A stretch of DNA of 64,000 nucleotides. Origin: Utricularia gibba. Lineage: Eukaryota; Plantae; Magnoliophyta. The notes under the pieces are model-generated. The model saw only the letters and a list, made by a program, of their open reading frames with translations. It was not told where the DNA came from and did not search any database. Made by a program: the position numbers and the translations under genes. Below are positions 1-11,580 of the stretch, piece after piece. Every line of letters begins with the position of its first letter. Position 1 is the first letter of the stretch. The stretch covers positions 744,001 through 808,000 of the forward strand of contig NEEC01000010.1 in NCBI GenBank assembly GCA_002189035.1, written 5' to 3'.

Positions 1-696
1 TACCAACGGTGTCCGATTGAACCCTTCTCCTTAGGTGCTTGAGGCCAACCTTTGATTATTCCACACTCACTTAGGGTTATATGGTACTAAACGGCACATT
101 GGTAAAGAAAACGTTGCGAAAAACAGAATCAAACCTCAATTTAAATATCGAAAAACATAGTAAAACAGTCACACGTGCAGGACTTGCGCAAGCAAGGCTT
201 CACCGTAGATCATCAGCCGCAAATGCCTACATGCGCAGACTCGACTCAAACATGAAAATAGACACGAAAATAGGAAAGATTCAAAGTAAAAGTGGTCAAA
301 GACATTTCTAATGGTTGAGAGAGTGAGGTATTTATAGGAGAGTAGATCCAAGTCTTCGTATTGACCTTATTCGATGGGCTTGGATAAAATCCTCTATCCA
401 AATCTTTTATTCAAATCTTCAAAGATTTTCTTCACATCTCTATCTTATCCACAAATCTTGGATCAAATCTTCATCGTTTGACCGAGTCTTGGGCTGGGAT
501 TCGTGGCCCATCAAGTCCATACTTTGGTAGATCTTGTTTCTTCTCAAATTGATCCAAAAGTACCCTAAAAATCCACAAAATACAATTTCTCTCCAAAAAA
601 ATCAAAGTAGTGTAAAAGATGCAAAATCAATTGAGAATAATGAGAAAGTGGGGTCTAAGATAAGTAAAAACAACACTCAAGAGTAGTGGAATAACA
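1..696. mobile_element. Degenerate LTR-like repeat (family A), truncated by the window start
   Basis: 1-240 aligns by eye with about 7286-7540 (gtccgattgaacccttctccttagg vs atccgattgaattcttctccttaag; gaaaaacatagtaaaa shared). 568-628 aligns with about 7870-7930. The copy ends in ...ggaataaca. No coding homology recognised. Confidence 0.55.
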
Positions 697-712
697 TGTT
701 TTGGAACGACAC

Positions 713-2207
713 TTATAACACACATTTTTCCTAAAATTCATAACACAAAATAGCTATATTTTATCATGATTTAGGTTAGATAAATGTAGTTTTTCATGCT
801 TTAGTGGTGTTTATGTTAATCCTATGTGATTATGTTGAAAAGTGGACTAAATCCTTTGATTTAGTCCACAACTCTTATTACTAACATTTCAGTAAGTTCA
901 CCAAGGAGATGAGCCGAAAATCAAACTTGCAAACGTGTAAATCAAGCAAAAAAAGGGGCGCAAAATCCGGAGAAGGACAAAGAGCAATGTTCTGCCGCCA
1001 CCGCAGTCTGCAAGTTCAGGCTAGGAACAGTGCTGGCGGACAGCAACAGTGCAATGGAGTGAAGGAAAGGGGAAATTTATTTTTTCGAAAAAAGGAGGAA
1101 GGAGAATGGAGTGAAGAGACCGGGGGGGGGGACGCAAAGGGGTCTTCTTCCCCAACGGAAGAACACAGAGAGGGGGACGCAAGGGGGTCTTCTTCCCCAA
1201 CGGAAGAACACACAGAGGGGGGACGCAAAGGGGTCTTCTTCCCCAACGGGAAAAACACCAACCAGAAGGGGGAAGGGAGGCCTTCATCACCAAGAATAGC
1301 ACCGGAGCCCAGTCTAGTGCTACTGTTCCGGGCGGTGAACAGTAGCTAACGGGCGGAAGAACAATCTTTATTTACTTTCTAGTTTTCTGAACATTTCGAC
1401 TTTCTGCATTTTACTTGTTTACAATGTTTCTGCCATTTTGGCCAACTTATATGAATGAAATCGTGTTTTATTTCCAAAGCATGAGTGGCTAGAGTCTTAG
1501 GGATGCCTTAAGGAGAAGTGGGTGGTATGTGTTTAGATTGATGATGAAATTTAGTTGTCTTCCTTAACTCTTGTTCCTAACAAACCATGGGTAGACCTAA
1601 GGAGGGGAGCAAGTAGTTTCACAACTTAGATGCTTGGTTTAGAGGTAGACCAACAAACCAAGACAGGATCAGTCGGTGTTAGTCCAGGGTAGAACCAGTA
1701 GAACGGGGTAGACCTAGTTCTATATGCCTTGCATGTGGGTAGACTTAATTGCAATATTGGTTATGATATTGGAGACTAGCTTAAGCCAAAAATATGATGA
1801 ATAACCTGGGTAGACTTAGGTTATTTGAAGTTGTGAGTGTAGCAAGATAATAAATTAAGTTAGGAAGCTTAGCATAACACCACCCGCAGACCCTTAAGGC
1901 GTCCTAGTATTAGTCTGAGTCAAAACCAGTACCTGTTACCTTAGCGTAGAAACCTGATATTGCTTACCTACCTTGTTTACTGAACTTGTTTACCACTGTT
2001 AGTCCGAACTTAGACTAAGACCTACTGTTATCCGAAATTATGCATGTACTAAAACACTTAGCAAGCACAAGCTCTTCGTGATCGACCCCGATATCCACTA
2101 TACAAGTTTTCCAAATTTGTATTTTGTGTAGATTAGGGATTATAAATTTATTTGATCCGGATTTTCTATTTTTATTTTCAACGATATTAGGAAATTTCCG
2201 TTTATCA
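713..2207 (+). mobile_element. Solo LTR (family B, Athila/Tat-like Ty3/gypsy), copy 1
   Basis: Termini ttataacacac...ccgtttatca (a degenerate TGATAA...TTATCA inverted end). Flanking 5-mers gacac (708-712) and aacac (2208-2212) fit a 5-bp TSD with one transition. 1450-2207 is colinear with 16640-17389. The lineage assignment is inferred from the termini and the 1.5 kb length. Confidence 0.8.
1122..1258. repeat. Tandem repeat, 3 copies of a 45-46 bp GC-rich unit inside the solo LTR
   Basis: The unit gacgcaaaggggtcttcttccccaacggaagaacac starts at 1131, 1176 and 1222. Confidence 0.9.
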
Positions 2208-2449
2208 AACACAAAATCTCTTATCACTAATTTTACTATAACATGTAAAATTGAAATATAAAAAATATAATGCAATAAAGAATTGAAATAATTTATCATA
2301 CCAAAATATAATCAAATGTATATATGTGAATATGCCATCATAATCATGAAATTTTTTGTATTGATTGTGTTCTTTAAAATGATTAAAATCACTAAGATCA
2401 TAAAATTATTGGATAGATATTTTTTATCTTATGACGTATTTTGGATTTC

Positions 2450-2929
2450 CTAATATTCTGATATATATAAATATTTGAAACTTATAAAGTTAACAATAAA
2501 TATATATTTTAATAAAAGAATAATTACTTCCAATGCTTTAATTGCTCCATCAACAATATTTTTTGAAATATACATTTCAATCTCAAATGATAAATTATTT
2601 AGATTAAAAAGAAAATGTAATATTTCTTTATTAAAAAAATTAATGGATCTTGCAACTCCGATACTTTTATTATAGAATTTAATAGTCAATTGAATATAAT
2701 GGAAATCAAGAACTATTCCAATTTCATTGTAAATAATGTCTAACAGATTTTTCAAAAAAATTATATGTTTAGCTGTTATAATCTTTAAAATAGATCGATC
2801 GTAACTCACATACCCACTTTCATCTTCAAGAATGCGACCATTAGCATACAACTTCAATATTACGGGAGTTCCACTTTTATCTGCAAGAATGCAACCACAA
2901 GCATACAACTTCAGCATTACGAGAGTCAT
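2450..2929 (-). pseudogene. Probable Mutator-like (MULE) transposase N-terminal remnant
   Basis: 159-codon ORF that stays open in very AT-rich DNA. KLYANGRILEDESGYVSY...LLDIIYNEIGI...IQLTIKFY resembles the region N-terminal to the MuDR domain in plant MULE proteins (pattern recall only). No catalytic domain follows. Confidence 0.45.
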
Positions 2930-3385
2930 GGGATAATGATATAGAGGATTCTTTTGGTAGTAGAAAAATATAAAATTAGATCATAATGTTCTTATCTTCA
3001 ATCATATGTATAACTAATTTGAAAAATTTATTTAATATTTATATTTTTTTCAAAAATGAGAATTAAAAAAGATATTAGCATGTTAAAAATTAATTATATG
3101 AGCCAATTAGATTTAAAAAATAAATTATCTTTTTCATGTCCCTTATCTTATACGATAATATCTTATTTATGATTATATATTACATATATTTTATTTTTCT
3201 TACAAATTGATTTTTTGGTTATTCACATGGTATAAAAAACACTATTATCATATATAGAAAAATGCAAATATGAATTTAGATATAAGGTATTTTACAAAAT
3301 ATTGATATGAATAGTATAAATTATAAATAAAAGTTTAGACTAAAAAAATAAGAATTTAATATTTCAGTACAGCTATTTGCACATC

Positions 3386-3857
3386 ATGGGATGTTATATC
3401 GAATGAACTAATACAGAAACCTATGTTTGTGCTTGTTTGTTTAACTTTATCGAACACTTTGCCTTTGGTTATACAATATATTTTTAACACAATATTTTTA
3501 ACACAATATTTTTAACACAATGTCAATCGAAAATCATTGATAATTTAACACAAAAATAATTTTTAATATTATATAGTAAATAATAATACAATATATTTAT
3601 ATATTTATTAATATAATATATTTTATATTATTATTTTATATGAATTCAAAATACATAATTTTGATATTATATTATATATTATAAGTGAACAAAATCAAAT
3701 ATAATTGAACATTGATCTTATTTATATTTATTCAATAAAGTAATCAAACATAATTTTTTTATGTTAATTTATTTATAATATTCAAAAGAAAATAAATGAT
3801 CTTAATCGAGTTAAATATAATTCGACCACAATTTGTTTGTTCATTCTAACATCCCTA
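3386..3857. mobile_element. hAT-like MITE
   Basis: Termini atgggatgtt ... aacatcccta (reverse complement tagggatgtt). The 8-bp flanks tgcacatc and tgcatatg match at 6/8, and an 8-bp TSD is typical of hAT. Internal 14-bp unit tttttaacacaata x3 at about 3481-3520. Confidence 0.6.
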
Positions 3858-4538
3858 TGCATATGGTTATAAAATGTGATGCATTGTTTTGAAACTTTTT
3901 TTATATAAATATGATTTTAGTAATATTTTATACTAATAATAAAAAATAAAATAAATTTTATTGTAACATGAATGAATATATTATTTAAAAATTATGAATA
4001 ATTTAATTTTACCTCTCACATTTGATCATTATAAAATCAAAAATAATTTTGATATAAATAAAAATAATAAGAAGTTATTTTGTATATATAAACTATTCTA
4101 TTTATCAAAAGGTAAAAATAAATTTCAATACTTTTTTATAATATTAGATAGTGATTGAAATAAATAAATTATTTATGAAAAAATATAAATTAAAACGATA
4201 CAAATGTATCATATATGTATTATATAATATTGATTATGTATGAATAAATTGCATTTTTTGAAAATTTTGGTTGGAAGAAATGCATAATTCAAAAGAAAAT
4301 ATGATATAAAAAAATTAATTAACTTTTTCATTTTAATTAAATTTTTTGTTCAGTAGGGTAAAATACAACCCAGACAATAAAGTTAATTAATAAAGAAAAT
4401 GTAAAAGTAGAGTAAATCACAAATCAAATTTTAAAAGTAGACTATTTACTCTATTTCCTCAGCATTGGTGTTCGTGCATCTCTGAAATGCGTATATAGAG
4501 ACGAAGCGCACCAGTCACCGTGCCAAAAATCTCACAGC

Positions 4539-5897
4539 ATGTGGAAGAAGCCGCTTCGCGTTTCGGCGGAAATCTCGCCGACTCTTTTGTTGCGCGCCGT
4601 TTCTGATTCTTCTTCGCTTCGCCGGTTCCGTTATTCTCCTCCTTTCTCTTCTTGCCGTTCCTTCGCCACTATCGGCGCCCAAAGAAACGCTTTCCCTTTT
4701 CCCAAATGCTCGATTTTCGGTGCTATTGAGAGCAATTTCGGAAGTATGCTCGTCAAAAGTTGTAACTCATTCTGCTCCCAGCCCAAGATTGCGGAGCATT
4801 TCCGGTGTTGGAATTGCGGCGCTGGTGCTGAATCTGCGACGGCACTTCTGTTCTGTCAAGTCTGTCGCAGTGTCCAACCGGTTGATGAGTCCATTGATTA
4901 TTTTCACATTTTCGCCCTGTTAGTGTTTGGGTTTCTATTTCGACTGATTTGGGTTCAATAGAAATTACTATGTGAAGCTGCCGCTTCAATTCTTCCCTAT
5001 ATGTAAATTCGTGATCGGCAATTTAGGTCTCTGTGAATTGAGCACCGATGGGAGATTTATCAACTGTATAGCTGTTGATCATTCAATTGATGCACTTCTT
5101 GCTGTTATGAAAATGATTGTATTTTGGTCGTTTTAGGAAGAGGGAATATAAGATCGAGTTGGAAGAATTGGGGAAGGTGTATAAAGAGTGGCAAAAGAAG
5201 CTGCATCCTGATCTTGTCCATTCGAAATCCCAGGTTAATGGAGCATCGTAGTGGTAAAAAAACTCGTTTTTTTTTGTATAGTATCAGTCCTGAGAAAGCT
5301 GGTGTTTTGAATTAGAGGGAAAAAGACTATGCTGCTGAGCAGTCTGCTCGAGTAATCGGGGCGTATTACACACTAGCTGACCCCTTGTCGAGAGCCATCT
5401 ACATTGTATGCCTTTTTTTTTTTTTGTTGCGTTCGCAAGTGCTTGTGTGGAAGGTGAACGGGGAGTGCATCTGTAATGTGCAATTACTTTTGTAGGCGAA
5501 ACTAGAGGGTAAACCAGTCGATGAAGAAGAAAGGATTACAGACCCGGAGCTGCTTGCGGAGGTTTGCTCATGATGATGCATTATGCTGCACCCTGTTAAT
5601 GAGCTTTAACATTATGTATTCCCAGATAATGGAAATCCGAGAGAGCATCGATGACGCCAACGATACGCAGTCCTTGAACGCGATCCATGCCCAGGTAAAG
5701 AGTACACAATCCCACTGCACCTCAGCAGGATTTTATATTGCATTCATTCCTTTGTTCAGTTGCAAGAGAAGTTTCTGGACTGGTCTAATTCCTTCCAAAT
5801 GGCCATTAACGCGAGGAACCATGAGGACGCCTTGTCGTCGATACGCAGAATGATTTACTATAGACGCGCTATCGAAGAAGTCGTGAAAAAGCTCTAG
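4539..5897 (+). CDS. HSCB: Mitochondrial Fe-S cluster co-chaperone HscB (J-domain protein), 6 exons: 4539-4918, 5137-5233, 5316-5405, 5496-5561, 5626-5694, 5760-5897
   Basis: Arg/Ser-rich N-terminal presequence, CWNC...FCQVCRSVQP tetracysteine motif, J-domain HPD (WQKKLHPDLVHSK), YAAEQSARVIGAYYTL and C-terminal YYRRAIEEVVKKL*. All introns are GT-AG and phase-compatible. Confidence 0.95.
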
Positions 5898-7206
5898 CCC
5901 TGAGCTGGCGCTGAAATACCATGTGGTTCTGTATTCTGTCAGATTGTTTGTGTTTCTGGAAGGGGAGAGACATTTACCTCTGTTCTTCTAAATTCCAAAA
6001 CCATGACCCTCTTCTAATTTTTGAACAATGAATATTGAAATTCTTCTTTTTGTTACAGGGTTGAAGGCTCCACAATATTGAATGATTGATAGTAAAAGGT
6101 GGAGTGGTAATCTGGAAAACATGAAAACTAGAGGTACTTATTCAATAGGAGAAAGATTTAAGTATGTGAGAAAGAAACCAACAAAATTTGTTCAAAAAGT
6201 TATAAGAACTTTGGTAAAGTTGATTACCCTTCTTTGGAATTTTTAAATTTCCGAATGTTACAATTTACGTGTTATACTTTTTTAATACATTTTCTTTAAT
6301 AAAAAAATATAAAATGTATGATTATAATATTTAGTACAAATTTTAAATATTTATGGATTAAATATAAAAAAATAAAAGTGAAGATTTTTCAATGGGTTTG
6401 AATTTAGTAACAATAGCCCACTTACCAAATACATCTTTGTTCATAAATATATAGATCTGAATTTAAAGATATCCAAATAATTAATATGTAGACTAAAATC
6501 TAGCCTGCAAATTAAACTAACAATTAGAGTTTTGGAATAAAAAACTGAGTCAATGCATCTTGAAACTCTAAGTTATCCATATCTTTAGTTTCATAATTTA
6601 TATTCAAGATTTTTTGGTATCATTATTTTAAATTTAGTATATCATTGTGTACGCTTAATGAATTTTAGTTAAGGATTAAAATTAATTGCAATAACTCAAA
6701 AGAATCAAATTTTCATACCATGAGCACCGTCTCATTGTATTCGATTGCAAAAGCTATTGTATATATTGTGTTAAGTTTGTATTTTATGTAAATTAATATT
6801 TATAAATTTATTCATTACGAAAATTTTATATTTCACAATGACTACAAAATTTTCATTTATCAATTGTTGATGATAGTTATGCAAATATACAAAAACTATC
6901 GAAATAATATAATAAGATCGTATACATAGAGAATAATTATTTGAATTTTATTTTTAAAACAATAATTCAAAAAACTGAAAACAAAATAAAAATTTGATTT
7001 TAAAAAAAATAAGAAAATTGACTTTGCATCTAGAATCTACTTTACTTAAAACTCGCCCAAACTTGTGTGTGTAAACCTTGAAAACTGACTCAATTGCACA
7101 AGTTATGACCTTGTAAACCTTGAAAATTTGATGACTGTCATAATATTGTCCCTCATTTAATAAGATTATAGAATCAATCATGACATCAGAGCTATTTCAC
7201 TTCTTG

Positions 7207-8040
7207 TGATAACCTGTATTTTCTCCACACTCAAATCTAACCTCTATATCTTAAGTAGATAGATTAAATAGAATGTGTTTAATCAATGATATCCGATTGA
7301 ATTCTTCTCCTTAAGTACTTGAGCCCAATCTTTGGTACTTCTACACTCTTTTAGGATTATGGAGTACTCAAAAGCACGTTGATAAAGAAAACATTGCAAA
7401 AAATAGAATCAAATCTCAAATTAAATGTTGAAAAACATAGTAAAATAAGTACACGCGTAGGATTTGCACAAACGAGGCTTCATCACAGATCTTTAGTTGT
7501 AAGTGCTCACACGCACATGCTAAATTCTAAACAACACGAGTTGATAAAAAAACGATAAGAAAAAAATCCAAAACATGCTGAACTCGACTCTAAACCTAAA
7601 ACTAAATATGATGATTTTGATCTTCGCGTTATGGTCTTTATACAATAGTGATGATAAGTCAGGTTTTCTTAATAGTCTCATATCCAATCTTTTATCCAGA
7701 TCTTTTAAAATATAATGCAAACCTTTTAGGATAAGATCCAAATCTTTCAAAATAAGATGCGAATTTTATCTTATTCAAAATCTTTGACTGTGTATTCATA
7801 TAGATAAATCAAATCTTTGACTTCATCAAAGTCAATTCGAAAATACTTCAAATTATACTAATATTGTCATGAAAAATTACAAAACACAATTATCCTATAA
7901 AAAGATTAAAATAATATGAAAGATATAAAAAAAATTTAAATCATAAATAAAAAAATAAATGGAATATAAAAACATTCTAAAAAAACCCTAAAAATTATAA
8001 ATATAAGTAATATAAAATTACTTATGAATTATGTATTATG
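7207..8040. mobile_element. Degenerate LTR-like repeat (family A), second copy
   Basis: Begins tgataacc at 7207 and is colinear with 1-696. The right boundary is approximate and no TSD was resolved. Confidence 0.55.
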
Positions 8041-9191
8041 AAAATCTTCGATAATAATGTAATATTTCTTGATTTTATGCAAAAGGCTGCAGCTTTGTAA
8101 GTGAGGCACATAGTTATGAATGTGTATGCTGTCATAAAGTTGAAAGGTCTTTACTAAATAAATTGTATATGATTCTATAGAGCAAATTTTGGTTAATCAC
8201 CACTTATTATGCAGATCCTTTCCTTCTTTGGATTTCGAGAGAGTAAGCAAGAAAATGGGATGATTTTTTTTTTCTCTTGTAACAATTTTAGAATTGTGTC
8301 CAACCATGAATAGTAAATACTACCTAAAAGAAATATTTTTGTGTAAAATAGTTTGACATATGTGACTAATTTTCACATTGACTTCTCAAGCGATAACCAA
8401 GTAGAGTATTTCAATAAAAAAAAAAGCTCTTCTTTCTCTCTAGTTTCTAAAGATTGCATAATTAATTTTGTGTAAAAAGGAAATTAGTTTGGTAGTATTA
8501 TTTAAATCATCGATCATTTGTACTTTCCTAACCCCATATATACTGGTTTTAGGAACTTGAGATATTACAAACCTTGCTAATAAAAAGAAAACCATGAAGT
8601 GTTTTCCAGAAAATCAATCGATTTTCAAATTTTTGAATTAAATTAAGAAATAACAACTAATGTTTTAAATTTCTAAAAATTTGGATTTGAATTTTTTGAG
8701 GAATGAAATCTGTTTGACCTCTCCTAACTTAGTTGAAATAAAAGTGGGGTATGGATGGACCTCTCCTAACTTAAAAAAAAACAAACTTAATAGTTTATAT
8801 ATATTTTTAAAAAATAAAGTGTAATGCCCTTAAAAAATTGTTATGTGCCGAGTAACACTGATTCAAAAGATTTGTTGAATTGGAAATAATTGGAAGAACT
8901 AGAAGTGGAGAGGCGGCCTATGTAAAAAAATGATCTGCTAATAATGTTGTCATTATTTACATATTCTTTTATTCGAGTGCGACGTCGTCGTTTGAATGAG
9001 ACATTATTGTATGGCTCCTCGAGTCGTTCTCGTCTCGTGGTATAGTGGGGCCCGTACCCGAGTAACGTTAAGAACCAATTTGAATTTCAAATTCGCAACG
9101 GTTGAAATCCCTAAAACCCCCGATTTTGGAATCGTCTGCGGTGGTTGGGTTCGTGTTTTTCATCGGAATCCCCTGTTTCCTTTCTCCGATC

Positions 9192-11580
9192 ATGGCTTCT
9201 CTTACCCCAGGTATTCTTCTCAAGCTTCTCCAGTCCATGAACTCTCCCACGAAAGTAACCGGCGACCACCGAAGCGCCCTTCTCCAGATAATCGGAATCG
9301 TACCCGCTCTCTCAGCGGCGGATTCCCTCTGGTCCCATCACGGATTCTACATCCAGCTTTCGGATTCACTGAATTCCACCTACGTTTCACTCTCCGACCA
9401 CGACAACGAACTCATACTCACCAACCGTCTCCAGCTCGGCCAATTCGTGCATCTCGATCGTTTTGTGTTTGATTCACCGCCGGTTCCTGTCGTTATGAAT
9501 CTCCGGCCGGTCGCCGGCCGCCACCGCTTTGTTGGGTCTCCTGAGCCCCTGATTGCTATCTTTTCCCATTCTAACGGGTTCGTTATTCAGCCGATGACAG
9601 ATTCCGACCCCTCTGGTGATCTCCTGGCGGCGTATTTGTCGAGGGCCGGGAAAAAGAACATGGAATCGACTGAAAAATGTGCTGAAGATGTGGTTTTCAG
9701 GCAAGTGACTGCACCGAAAGAGAATGTAAATGTGAATGTGGCCGCTAATCAAGGAGATGATCGCCTCAATGCAAAAAAATCAGTTTCGGAGAGGGGATCA
9801 CAAAGATTTTCATCACCTGGAGCCTTGAAGCAAAGAACAGTTTCACATGGGAATAAATCTGCTCCCCCAGATAGGGATCCGTCACCTGCAGGGAGGTCGG
9901 GGAAGAGATCTGCCTCACCTGTACCTTCTAAATGCGTCGTACCAAGTCTAGCAGCTGCCAAAGAAGAAACCAAGAGGTCATCAAGGGAGCCAGCTATAAT
10001 TGTGCCATCTAGATATCGATTGCCTTCCCCGACATCTGGGAGACGGCAGGCGAGTCCCATGGTTTCCAGACGAATGTCACTTTCCCCAGGGCGGAGATTG
10101 TCCGGCGGGCTTAAGGTATCTTCGGCAATGGATTCATCAGGAAAGAAAAGAATAGCTAACATTGCTGCTGGAATTCCCAAAGTTTCGGATGCTATTTTGG
10201 GTTCTGGAAAACCCAGTAGAAAGAGCTGGGATAGTGGATCAGCTTCAGGTGATGTAGATTCTTCTAAAGAAAAGGTGGGGACGAAAAACAAACTTGATCT
10301 ACAGGTCATTTTGAGGACTCAGGTATCGAATATTTCCCGTTTAGCAAACCTTCCAGAACGTGTAAATTGTGCCCCCCCCCCCCCCCCCCCAATGCTAATG
10401 ATGCTATCTCTTTAGGCTGCTATTTCAAGACGTCTAAGTGATGTGCATGAGCATAATGACACTAAATCTGGAAGCCTCGAAGCGGAGGATAATCCCAAGT
10501 CTGCATCAGAAGCTCCAGTGATCACCATTCATGAAAAGAAGTGGACTGATGGAAGTGTTTCCTTGGATACGCTGTCTTCAGGGCTTGCGAAATTGGGGGA
10601 GGTGCAGATTATAAAGAACTAAACTTTTTTGTTCTGAAGTTAGTTTCCTTCACTGCTTCAGTTAGTTGTATTAAGCTTGTCAATTTGCTTTCGATCAGGA
10701 TGCTATGCTCAGAAGAAGGATTGCATCAACAGCAGCTTCTGAAGCTTTAGAGGAGGCAATCGCTACTGAATCAATTGTACGAAACTTAAGGTATGAAGCA
10801 TTGATTCTTTGTTACTCTTAACTGCATCAGCAGCAGCTTCTTACGTTCATCAAGCCCCGGATTTTCTGATTGATGATGTTTTCCCTCAATTGGTGCAGCA
10901 AGTTTTCAGACCTAGTTTCAACCTCAAGGCTTGAAAACCCACTCCCCACTGTTGATCACTTCATGTCGTTATATGAAGAGGTTCTCAAGTCAACCGCAGA
11001 TGCGGAAGCAGTTGCCAGTAACCACAAACCATCACCCAGTGTTGAAAGCGCATCGTTAGAATCGTCAAGATTAAGCACCCTATGGGTTGAGTCTGCATTG
11101 GCTACGAATCTTGAAGTAGTCTCTCTTTTAACGAACGACTTCTTCACTCGCTCCACGAAAAAGGAGGATGAGAAATGCAAGAAAAGGCTATCTCCAGTAG
11201 CCCCTCGTAAGACAACTATGAAGTCAGTACCTGCAACATGGACCAGGGGACAAGGAATGAGGGAGACAGTGGAGCTTGGGAAGAGCCTCCATCGGGAGAT
11301 GCAGTTTTGGTTTCTAGGATTCATCCAGTCGTCCTTGGATGCAGGTTTTGGCGTTGTTGCAAGATGTAATCCTGCTGTAGGCCCCGATCGAGGCCTTATC
11401 GCAGCTGCATTATCACAGCTGAAGCGCATCAATGACTGGTTGGATCGAGATGGGACCAAGCGCGAGGGGATCATACTAGAGAAGATTGATCAACTGAAGA
11501 GGAAGATTTATGTGTTTGTGATTGAGCATGTTGGCACCACAACTGATAATATGATCCCATCAGCAGTAGCTTCAAAATGA
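9192..11580 (+). CDS. DUF936 family protein (CORD-like microtubule-associated family), 4 exons: 9192-10322, 10416-10601, 10699-10790, 10899-11580
   Basis: [18 protein letters not shown]...[44 protein letters not shown] and C-terminal [16 protein letters not shown]...[12 protein letters not shown] are characteristic of DUF936. GT-AG junctions are in phase. Confidence 0.92.
10372..10390. repeat. Poly-C run (C19) in intron 1 of the DUF936 gene
   Basis: Read directly: 9 C at 10372-10380 plus 10 C at 10381-10390. Confidence 0.9.

Noticed and set aside
909-1349. 146-aa ORF and overlapping ORFs with repeated GSSSPTEEH
   Set aside because: They are by-products of the GC-rich tandem repeat inside a solo LTR.
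7103-7121. ttatgaccttgtaaacctt resembles the TAS3 tasiR-ARF sequence
   Set aside because: It is imperfect, I see no flanking miR390 sites, and it lies in LTR-like repeat context.
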